Positions 1-9,413 of a stretch of 28,444 nt of DNA are shown here, in pieces. The notes beneath the pieces are model-generated. The model worked only from the letters and a program-made list of their open reading frames with translations, was not told the DNA's origin and searched no databases. Source of the stretch: Zygophlyctis sp. KS116 (taxonomy: Eukaryota > Fungi > Chytridiomycota); NCBI GenBank assembly GCA_054661495.1, contig BAAFSQ010000125.1, positions 1 to 28,444 of the forward strand, read 5' to 3'. The translations under genes and the position numbers were made by a program. The stretch's first letter is position 1, and each line of letters opens with the position of its first letter.

Positions 1-113
1 ATGGGACAAATCATGTCTTTACAGCTTTTCGGTGACCTTTTGATAGTATTTGCAGTTAATTCGGACAAGACATTTAAAAGATTTAGAGAAACCAATAAGA
101 GAATTTTAAACAT
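1..113 (-). CDS. 5' part of a secreted Cys-rich protein (paralog of 6392..7276); runs off the window start
   Basis: Reverse complement from ATG at 113 reads MFKILLLVSLNLLNVLSELTANTIKRSPKSCKDMICP. The signal peptide is near-identical to MFEILFLISLNLLNVFS of 6392 and has the same C-x4-C. The upstream sequence also matches 6343-6391. Not in the ORF track. Confidence 0.8.
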   Translation of the reverse strand, partial: MFKILLLVSLNLLNVLSELTANTIKRSPKSCKDMICP

Positions 114-553
114 TTTTCAAGATTTTTTTAGAACTAAATAGAGAACCTTTTTTTATTATTGCAGCGGCACTTGACGGCAGACGGCATAAAATTTGTCAGC
201 GAGCTTCCGTGTGTTTTCATTGGTAAACCAAAGGTTTTGGCGGTAACTGAGTGGCTTATCTCAGAGCTATATTAGGAATTTAGTAGTACGAGGGCGCATT
301 TCGGCGAAACAAAACGCACGCTCGAACTGGTTAGGATGTTTTTAATTTGCTCTTTTTGCGCGTTTTCTTCTCACAGCGCTAATAAACAAATTTGAGCCAT
401 GAGTGCTTCCAATGATGAAAGAACAGCTCCGACAGACCGCAGTCCAGCCCAAAAAAGTGTTGAAAACAGTGATTTGACGCTCTCAGCAGAGGAAATTCTT
501 CAACTGAATAACTTGTAGTTTTCTCAAAGAAGGAAGTATATATAGCTGTATTT

Positions 554-805
554 ATGCTCATAGATGTTTTCGAGGGAAGATATATGATCGGACGTAGAAG
601 TAGGAATGGTTCTGTGAATGCTAGAACGATTGGGGCAGCATCTTGGGGAGATTCTCCCAATCCAGGAGAAACTTGTGGTCATCTTACATGTGGAAAAGAT
701 TTGCGATGTTCCAGTTGTTCAACTAGGAATCCCTTTTGTAAATCCAAACGTTGTAATATACAGCGATACAGATGTACTAAAAAGTCAGACATGGAGAGTT
801 TTTAA
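554..805 (+). pseudogene. Cys-rich fragment or possible small-gene exon related to the GExCG..C..GLxC repeat
   Basis: ORF contains PGETCGHLTCGKDLRC plus 4 further Cys. A 28-nt GT-AG intron-like segment at 536-563 precedes it, but I could not join it to an open upstream exon with a signal peptide (in-frame TGA at 505). Confidence 0.35.
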
Positions 806-919
806 CATTGTTTAGAAAGTAAATAAATGTTTATTTTGACTTTCGAAGCTGAAAAACTTATGTTGAGATCATTGGTGAAACAAATAAAATCAAGAGTCTT
901 GATTAAAGACTGATATTAT

Positions 920-982
920 TTGGATGGTTGGACGGTTGGATGGTTGGACGGTTGGACGGTTGGATGGTTGGATGGTTGGATG
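920..982 (+). repeat. 8-bp tandem repeat (TTGGAYGG) x about 8
   Basis: ttggatgg ttggacgg ttggatgg ttggacgg ttggacgg ttggatgg ttggatgg ttggatg, read directly. Confidence 0.95.
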
Positions 983-1117
983 TGGCACTGATTCACGTTC
1001 TAGTAAAATCTAATAAGAGAATAAGAGTTATATTATACTAAAATTAAGTAGTTATAATTGCAGTTTTAAACGTTTCTCAACACAACAAACAAGGAAAAAC
1101 GCTAAAAGAAGAGTCAA

Positions 1118-2582
1118 ATGGATAGTTTTTGTATTCTGGACAAGGGAGGGTGGATCTTGTATTCTTTTGGAGAAATCAATCCTGTAGAAATTAATGTAGA
1201 ATTGGATTTATTTTTACAAAATTCAAATGAAAATGTCTCAAGCAAAAAGGATTTTGTTATTGTTGGAAACTTGTCTGGAAAGGGCATATTGTTGGATAGA
1301 TTTATTAATTTGTATCAAGCTAAAACAAGAGATTTAAACACAAAATTCAATCAAGAAGTTGCAAAAATACTCTCTACAAATTCAAAATCTATTCAAAATA
1401 AATACAAGAAAAAGGAAAAATCTAAAAAGAATTCAAATAGTTTGAAAAATGATTTGGATTTTTCAGATGTCACAGACTCAAGAAAAACTAGTCTAAATAC
1501 TCTAGAAAATTACTCTCCAGAGTTACAAGACTCTCAAGACTCTGGGATTCAAGAAAATAATATTCTAAATATTTTCTCTATTCTAAATAAAAAGAAAATA
1601 TCTGGAAAAGACTTGAATCCAGTCTTGGAAACATTTAAAACGCATTTAGTTGGAAAAAATGTTGCAAATGAAATTGCTCAGGAAATTGTGATGCAAGTAG
1701 AAAAAGAGGTGCTAGGACAATTGCAATCTAGAGTTTTTGACTCTATAGACTCAAAAATAAGGAATAGTTTAAATGATATTCTTTCAAGGATATTGACTCC
1801 AAAGACTTGTATAGATCTCATTAGTGATATAAAGAACATTAAGAGTTTAAAAAGACCTTTTACAATGGTTTTTGTTGGTGTGAATGGAGTAGGTATGTAT
1901 TTAACTTGGTAAAATGGGTTTACAAGAAATTTCTAAAATTAGGGAAATCTACTAATTTATCAAAAGTGTGTTTTTGGCTCTTGCAAAATAAATTTAAAGT
2001 TTTGATTGCTGCTTGCGATACATTTAGGTCTGGTGCAGTAGAGCAATTAGGAGTTCATGTTAGGAATTTAAGGGATTTAGATACAGATGTTAAGTTGGAA
2101 TTATTTAATAGAGGCTATGGGAAGGATCCTGCAAGTATTGCGAAAGAAGCTATACAATATGGTATTTTAGAGATTTTTTTAAAGATGTAGGTAAAAATAA
2201 TGGCTTTGATGTGGTTTTGATTGATACAGCTGGAAGAATGCAAAATAATGAGCCTTTAATGAGAGCTTTGGCTAAATTAGTGTCATTAAATGATCCTGAT
2301 AGGATTTTATTTGTTGGGGAAGCTTTGGTTGGAAATGAAGCGGTAGATCAATTATCCAAATTTAATAAGGCATTGGTTGATTTTTCTGGAAAAGCTGAAC
2401 CAAGACAGATTGATGGGATAATTCTTTCAAAGTTTGATACGATTGATGATAAAGTTGGGGCTGCAATAAGTATGACTTATACGACAGGTCAGCCTATTTA
2501 TTTTGTGGGTACTGGACAGACATATACAGATTTACGTAAACTGAATGTTAAAAGTGTGGTGAATTCGCTATTAAGCAAATAA
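1118..2582 (+). CDS. SRP101: Signal recognition particle receptor alpha subunit
   Basis: Motifs [51 protein letters not shown] and GTGQTYTDL. Introns 1893-1942 (50 nt) and 2162-2190 (29 nt) restore the frame. Confidence 0.95.
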
Positions 2583-2603
2583 TCAATTATTAAAAAATTT
2601 ATA

Positions 2604-4680
2604 TTAATCTTCTTGACCAATTTGAAAGGCTGATTCTTTTTCGATCGGTGTTGGTTCCTGTACTTTTTTCTCTTGAAGCGGTTGCTTGTCAATGGGTTTC
2701 ATTGTATCAGCAGATAGAGATTCGACAGAAAACTTCCTAATTGTTGGATCGTCATAATAGTCTTGAGATTCAATCACTGATGATCCATCAAGAGATTCAC
2801 GTAAACTTGCTTCTAACTCATCCATGGAAGTTTGAGTGGAAAGCACTTCTAGCGAAAAAATATCTTCAAAGTGTACAATCAAATCCTAAAAATTAAAAAA
2901 GAATAATCATACCTTGACCAACCTAGAAGGATGTTTATCATGAAGCGTTAATTTTGTTTCTTGCTAAAAAGTTAAAAGCCAAACAAACTTACCTCGGGCC
3001 GTAAAATCAGAGGACCCAGGACAACTGATAATTCGTTAAGCTTCTGTTCGTCCGGTTTTGATGAATTAACCATTTCAAACCAATACTTAATCATATACAG
3101 CAAAACATGAAAATGAGAAGATGGCATACTAGATAGCACACTCCTCAGAGAATTGAGACGCATGGCGCTCTGATCATCAGATTCTAAATATTAATTGCAA
3201 ATGTAATACTAGACAAATATAGAATCTTTAATGGGTCATAAATCTCATTAGAGCATAAAGAGTTCGGCAAATCCAAGAGATATCTCGCCAATAAACCAAT
3301 TACAGCCGTTATCGGGTAAGTTTTAAGAACATGTCTTTGAACACTTCCAGAATTACATAAATTAATAAGCTTGTAAACATCTTGATGATCAATATCATAA
3401 TTTATCCAAGAATCCAATTGCGACTCTACCCCAATTTGAGTCGAAAAATATTCAGAAATCACTTCCAATGTTTTTGTAATAATTATTGGTATTTTCCTGT
3501 TAAATTTTCTCACAATTTGATCCAAAGACACACCAAAAACAATTTCAGGACCATTATAATGATTTCTGTAAATAATTGGTTTAATTCTAGTAGAACCTGT
3601 TCTATACTGTTCTATAATCATTAAAACCTCTTTTTCTGGATCCATCATTTCTATAAAAACTCCCAAATGTTGTTTAGACTCTTCATATATACTTGGATCA
3701 GAAGAGTCTACATCTATAATCATTTTAAAAGCCTTTTTCATAATTAAAACACGGTCCTTGATCTCTTGTTCCACTTTCATCATGAACTCTAAACTCTTTT
3801 CTTCCAATAACAATCTTGTATTTTGCCCTAATTGTACTAATTTCCTATATTCTAAATCTGCAACATCTGCTTCTCTCTTTGCAATCTTGCTAGGTTTTTC
3901 ATTTTCCTATTTTATCAACTCTTAAAAAATACCATATACATCTTTTTCCATTTAACATGAGAATTTGAGATTTTACTTAAAAATCCTCTATTTATCAATT
4001 CATTTAAAAACATTATTGACTCTTCAACACTAATTTCTAAATGACTTGAAATCAATCCTTCTAAAGTCTCTAATGAGCAACAATCTTTAGTAACTGTTAA
4101 AAATCCCTTGATATCTTCCATTTTCCCTTCTTTTTGAAGAAAAAAACAAGTATTATTAAATTCTTCTACCGTCATATTAACAGATCCTATAGTTATAATT
4201 AAATCTAGAGAGTCTATAGTCTCTAAAGGCTCAGATTCTTTAGCCTCATCCGCCTTTTGATATTTCCCACTAGCATAAGTCCCAGACGCGAGAATTTCCT
4301 TTATTTGCTTTTCTAGAGTTTTAGAGAGCCCATCTATTTCCTGTTTCAATGCAGAAAAATCCTTTAGATAAGATTTCAACTCTAAAATAACATTTTTGAG
4401 ATTTTTAGATTTCATTTTTTGGACATTATTAAAGTTGTAAATTTCCTGTTGATACGCTACTAGACTCTGATCCAATGACTTGAGTTGCATGTTTGATGCT
4501 AGATCTAATTTTAGAGAATATGTTTCTTGAGCTAAAACTTTAGATTCCAAGAGAGAAATCAAGTCTGAAATTACTTGATTTGACTGCAAATGTCTAGAAT
4601 ATAGTACAGATATCCCATCTTTACAATTAAACAATTCTAAAATTACTATCGGACCAGAAATGCTGCTGAAATTTTGACAT
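2604..4680 (-). CDS. F-BAR (FCH)-DEP-RhoGAP domain protein (fungal Rgd2/Rgd3/Rga8-like)
   Basis: Starts MSKFQQHFWSD-NGISVLY (FCH-like), then coiled coil, a DEP-like segment (FLNELINRGFL) and a GAP region (VFGVSL..IP; LARYLLDLPNSL; LGPLILRP). Introns 4619-4646, 3907-3932, 3184-3209, 2964-2992, 2886-2912. Confidence 0.8.
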
Positions 4681-4809
4681 TTTGTGGAATTTTTGGATTT
4701 TTGTCGTTTGACCAAAAATTTTAAATCAAATTATTAGGATATAAAATTCTAATATTAAACATTTTTATATCCACCATGCTCAGTTCTCGAGATAAGGAGT
4801 GAAAATCAA

Positions 4810-5762
4810 ATGATAAAGGTTGATGAATTCTGTGATAAACTGAGGAGAAGACAGGTTTCAGGATCATTTGCGGTGGCTCTAGAAACAGGAAAACTAATCA
4901 AGAATTTAATCGGACACTTGACAAAAGCTCTGGATGTAGAAGAAATTGTTGGAAGGATTGGACAATTGTTGATTACTGCTCAGCCAATTGAATTTGCTTC
5001 TGGGAATATGATCAAGAGAATATTTCATCTGATCAAAGAAGAGGGAGATGATGTAGACTTAAATTTAGATTATCCAGAAGAAGAGTCTCTAGGTGCTGTG
5101 ATTCGTCAAGGGATCTCTGAACTTTTAGATGAAATTGAAAATTCAAGTGCAAATATTGCATCGCAGGCTTTAGAACATATTCACTCTAATGAAATTATTC
5201 TTACAATGGGACATTCAATAGATGTAGAAGCTTTTTTAAAACAAGCTGGTAGAGTACGCAAATTTCAAGTAATTGTTTTGGAAACTTGTCCTAGTTTTAA
5301 AGGTCAAGAAATGGCATGTTCACTCTCTGAATCAGGAATAGATACAACTGTTATTAATGATTCTGCAGTTTTTGCAGTCATGTCTAGAGTTAACAAGGTT
5401 TTATTAGGTGCTCATGCAGGTAAATTCATCTTTTTTTAAAAAATATAGTTACTGCGAATGGTGGATTGATTTCTACTTCTGGAAGTCTAAATGTGGCTAT
5501 AGCTGCTTCTTATCATTCTATACCTTTAGTAATATGTGCTGGATTATATACAATGACACCAACATACCCATACTCTACAGAAGAACTAAACTTATTTTCA
5601 TGTCCTGCACCTTTTGAATTCAAAAGAGATGATTTAGATTTAATATCTCCTGAATTTGATTATATACCTCCTACTCTATTAGCATTGTTTATTACAAATG
5701 TAGGGCCTCATCCTCCCTCTTATATTCGGAAATTACTCGTAGAGTCGTATGGAAGAGAATAA
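4810..5762 (+). CDS. GCD7: Translation initiation factor eIF2B subunit beta
   Basis: Motifs AQPIEFASGNMIKR, QALEHIHSNEIILTMG, DSAVFAVMSRVNKVLLGAHAVTANGG and FITNVGPHPPSYI. Intron 5420-5448. Start uncertain (alternative ATG at 4776). Confidence 0.92.
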
Positions 5763-5861
5763 AGTCATCTAGTAGTTAAGCAGTGTTTATATTAGTAGAG
5801 AGATTGTCCAAGCAAATGATCAAAATATGCGCTTTCATGATAAGCCTTGGATTCCTTGAAA

Positions 5862-6307
5862 ATGATTGGGATTCTCTTTATAATATATTTGAATGTCTTG
5901 TGTGTCTTGTCTCAAACATCTCTCCCAGCGTGTCATGTCAGGATGTGTGCTCTCTTTCGTGATCAGGTGAATCCAGAGTTACTCAAGAGATCTTCTGGTT
6001 GGAAGACGGCTGGCACTGTTAGAGGTGGTGACTGTGAAGCATCATGTAACAATCCTCAACGAGTGTTAAAATGCTTTTTTACACTTGATAAACGGATTCG
6101 CTCCGAAGAAATTCAAAGAGGTATATGGGTTTGTGAAAAGGATGTTACAGTCAAAAAAGAAGAAAAGGTTGGTGGTATTGCTCCAACATGTGAAGGAGCT
6201 GCATGTAGTAAAGGTATGTATGGAAAAAAATAACCATAGGCGTTTCATTCTCGCCAACCAGACTTTTAAAGATACTTCTCATAAGTTTATTTTGGGTGCT
6301 GATATAG
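5862..6307 (+). CDS. Small Cys-rich secreted protein with predicted C-terminal hydrophobic (GPI-like) tail
   Basis: Signal peptide MIGILFIIYLNVLCVLS and a 6-Cys domain shared with the 6392 gene. Splicing intron 6214-6239 (GTATGT..TAG, 26 nt) gives ...CSKGVSFSPTRLLKILLISLFWVLI*. Confidence 0.75.
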
Positions 6308-6391
6308 ATTTTTCAAGTTTAGACATGATAGTGGCTTCAAATTGCCGCTGCAATCTAAAAATAAACAAGTTCTCTATTTAGATCTAAAAAA

Positions 6392-7276
6392 ATGTTTGAA
6401 ATTCTCTTTTTGATTTCTCTAAATCTTTTAAATGTCTTCTCAAAAATGCCTGTTCCTACTCTTCCGGCATGCCATGAAAAGATGTGTGATCTCTTTTCCG
6501 ATCCTGTAAATTCACAGTTGGTAAAGGAATCTGGCGGATGGAATAAATCAGGCGGAGTTAAAGGTGGGCACTGTGAAGCATCATGTTCAAATCCTGAGAG
6601 AAAATTAAGATGTTCTTACACCTATGATAAAGCATTACGACCTGATGATATCCAAAGAGGTATATGGATTTGTGAGAAAGCAAGCACTGCCAAGGCTGGA
6701 GAAAAATGTACTGGTTTCACTACAGGTTGTGAAGACGGATTTAAGTGTAGTAAAAGTATTTGTGTAGAAAATAGCACCCCTGCACCAAAAGGAGAACCAT
6801 GTTCAGATACTGTAAATTGTGAAAAAGGTCTTCAATGCATGGAAGGTACTTGCTTTGCTACGACCAGCAAGAAAGGAGCAAGTTGTGGAGGTTCACACTA
6901 CACAGTATGTGAAGAAGGACTTGAATGCAGTAAAAGAATATTTGTTTGTGAAAGTAAAACTGCCAAGAAAGGTGAATCTTGTGGAGGTTTTTCCGATATG
7001 GCATGTGTAAAAGGACTTAAATGTTATGAAACAAACACTGACGATGTAGGTACTTGTGTAAACGAGATCTCCAACCAAGGAGAGATCTGTGGAAGTCATA
7101 CAGATATTAAATGTGCAAAAGGACTCCGATGCCAACGTCAAAGTCAAAACCCAGGCACTGATGGAACTTGTGTGTCTCCAAAGATACGAAACCTCAGAAA
7201 GGGTGGAGGACTACGTACTATAGCAAAACAACTTCCTGCACCTATTATTGATCAACCAAAAAGTGAGTCTAAATAA
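6392..7276 (+). CDS. Secreted Cys-rich protein: unknown 6-Cys N-domain plus five 4-Cys repeats
   Basis: Intronless 294-aa ORF with a signal peptide. Five repeats of G[EA]xC(G)x4-7CxxG[LF]xC..C, reminiscent of the IGFBP N-terminal GExCGxxxxxCxxGLxC motif. Confidence 0.85.
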   Translation: MFEILFLISLNLLNVFSKMPVPTLPACHEKMCDLFSDPVNSQLVKESGGWNKSGGVKGGHCEASCSNPERKLRCSYTYDKALRPDDIQRGIWICEKASTAKAGEKCTGFTTGCEDGFKCSKSICVENSTPAPKGEPCSDTVNCEKGLQCMEGTCFATTSKKGASCGGSHYTVCEEGLECSKRIFVCESKTAKKGESCGGFSDMACVKGLKCYETNTDDVGTCVNEISNQGEICGSHTDIKCAKGLRCQRQSQNPGTDGTCVSPKIRNLRKGGGLRTIAKQLPAPIIDQPKSESK

Positions 7277-7423
7277 ATTTCGACTGGTGTGTAACGATGC
7301 AGAATAATTTGAGATGTACATTAATTTGTAGAGTCGAACCATTCAATAGAGTATTGTATGGTAAGTAAAAATTTAAAGGATATTATTAGGAAATTATTAC
7401 CTTTTAATTTGGCGATAAAAAAA

Positions 7424-8686
7424 ATGAAAAATTCATCATCGCCATTGGAAACTTCACCGTCTACATCCACCAAAAAAAGAAAAATATCAAGTCTAGCCAA
7501 AGTCGTAAGAGAGTCATCACCGCAGCCTTATCACCCGCACTCAGATTTAGAAGCGGGAGATGTTTTTGTTGTTGGGTCTGGAGATTGTGGGCAACTGGGT
7601 CTTGGACAAGATGTTTTAGAAAAGGAAAGACCTGCACTTTTAGAGTTTTTCAGAGACAAGGAAATTATTCAAGTCAAGGCAGGTGGACTGCATAATCTTG
7701 CATTATCTAAATCAGGCCTGGTGTATTCTTGGGGTTGTAATGATCAATGTGCATTAGGACGTGGAGGAGAAGAGACAGAACCTGGTCTTGTTTCTGGGTT
7801 ACCTTCCTCAGTCATAAGTCTTGCTTGTGGTGACTCTTGCTCTGTAGCATTAACTAGTGACGGGACAGTATTTTGTTGGGGGACTTTTAGGGATAATAAT
7901 GGAATTTTTGGATTATTTTGTGATTCAAGCGTACAATCTGTACCAAGATTAGTCAAAGAATTAAGGAATATTATTTTTATTGATGCAGGTGCAAATCATA
8001 TTGTTGCAGTTTCTAGGGAAGGAAAAGTATATACATGGGGTGTAGGAGAACAAGGACAATTGGGACGTAAAGTCATGTCTAGACATGTTAAAGAATCTTC
8101 TTTAATTCCAAGACCTATAAATTTCCGTCCATACAAACTATCAAATAAGTTTAAAAAGGCTTTTGCTGGAGGATATCATACATTTTTACTTCATGAAACT
8201 GGATATTTATTCTCTTGTGGACTTAATAATTATGGACAATTAGGAACAGGAGATACAAATTCTGTAGAAATTCCTGAACAAGTATCTTTAATTGAAAATG
8301 TTGTTAGTGTTGGAGGAGGAGAACATCATTCAGTTGCATTAGATGCACTAGGTAAAAATATCCCAACTTAAATCCTAGGTCGTGTCTGGACATGGGGAAG
8401 AAGTGACTCTGGACAATGTGGGATAGAGACTGATCAGGATCATATTCCTGAACCTTGTTTAATTCCTAACTTATGTGATATGACTCATGTATCAGCTGGA
8501 GGGGCATTTTGTCTGAGTAGCAATTCTAAATCTCTGTATGGATGGGGCTATGGAGAGATGGGACAATTAGCTAATGAATCACAAGACTCTCGAACCCCAC
8601 ATTTATTTTCATTAAAGGAACGAGGTATACTAGACATGGCGGCTGGTGGACAGCATTCTGTTTTATTGCTGACTTTCAAAAAATAA
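7424..8686 (+). CDS. RCC1: Regulator of chromosome condensation RCC1 (Ran GEF; Pim1/Prp20-like)
   Basis: Seven RCC1-type blades (GSGDCGQLGLG, AGGLHNLAL, WGCNDQCALGR, WGTFRDNNG, GLNNYGQLG) and a basic N-terminal NLS KKRK. Intron 8352-8378. Probable 5'-leader intron 7361-7389. Confidence 0.9.
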
Positions 8687-8759
8687 ATTATTTAAAACCT
8701 TTTTGGAGTAATTTTAATTCTATAAATTGCATTAAATTGCAGTATTTTATAATTTTCCA

Positions 8760-9312
8760 ATGAGAAAAGTGATATTCCCTAAAAAAGTCTCTACAATAGC
8801 TATTCCTTCCTTATCTTCCAAAGTCTCTTCCCAACTCTCTGTAATTTCTAATCAAGCCTTAATAGTCTCAAACAAGTTTATTTCATCATCTTCTCCTCCT
8901 GTTAAACTATTTATTTACACTGGAGCAACTCTGTCTCTTGTTCCTATTGTTGTATTTGCAATTTGGGTCTCTTTAACACTTGTTGGTTCTGTTGCATCTG
9001 CAGTTATTGGAGTCTTGATCTTGGAAGGATCATTTATTCTAATTGGATTATCTGTTCTAGTTCCTACATTAAGTGCAATTGTAGCGGTAATTTTATTTTT
9101 AAATTTAATAATTAGATTAGTGGAACTATTGCAATTACTTACGCAACAGGAGGAATAGGAATGTCTAGTATTGACTATGTAGTAGATAAGATTAAGAGAC
9201 TACAATTGAATTCTAAATTTTTACTAGAAAATGGAAGACGTGGAAGAAGTAAGAAGAGGTAATTTATTTTAAATTTATTTTTAGGAGAGAAGCAAGAGAG
9301 ATTCTTGAATAA
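8760..9312 (+). CDS. Promethin/LDAF1-like lipid-droplet membrane protein
   Basis: Long hydrophobic hairpin PPVKLFIY..LSLVPIVVF..IGVLILEGSFILIG resembles the promethin pattern (HPFLAF..SAVPVGFF..GVIILEG). Introns 9087-9115 and 9259-9284 extend the ORF to a basic C-terminus ending REAREILE*. Confidence 0.6.
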
Positions 9313-9413
9313 AGTTGTATATTTTCGTTGAGTTTCAAAGTTTAAGCCAAATTTTAAAGTAATTTTAAAGCAATTTTATACCCTTTTAAGGGCGACGGCA
9401 AATTCAAAATCTC

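Noticed and set aside
399-563. Gene model joining ATG 399 to the Cys-rich exon through a 491-518 intron
   Set aside because: Requires a GG donor and yields no signal peptide; unsupported without cDNA.
920-982. CRISPR array or telomere
   Set aside because: 8-bp contiguous units with no spacers; internal position; not TTAGGG-like; eukaryotic context.
7358-7423. RCC1 starting at ATG 7358
   Set aside because: ATG is followed by GTAAGT..TTAG (7361-7389), an intron-like segment. ATG 7424 has an A-rich context and gives a typical N-terminus.
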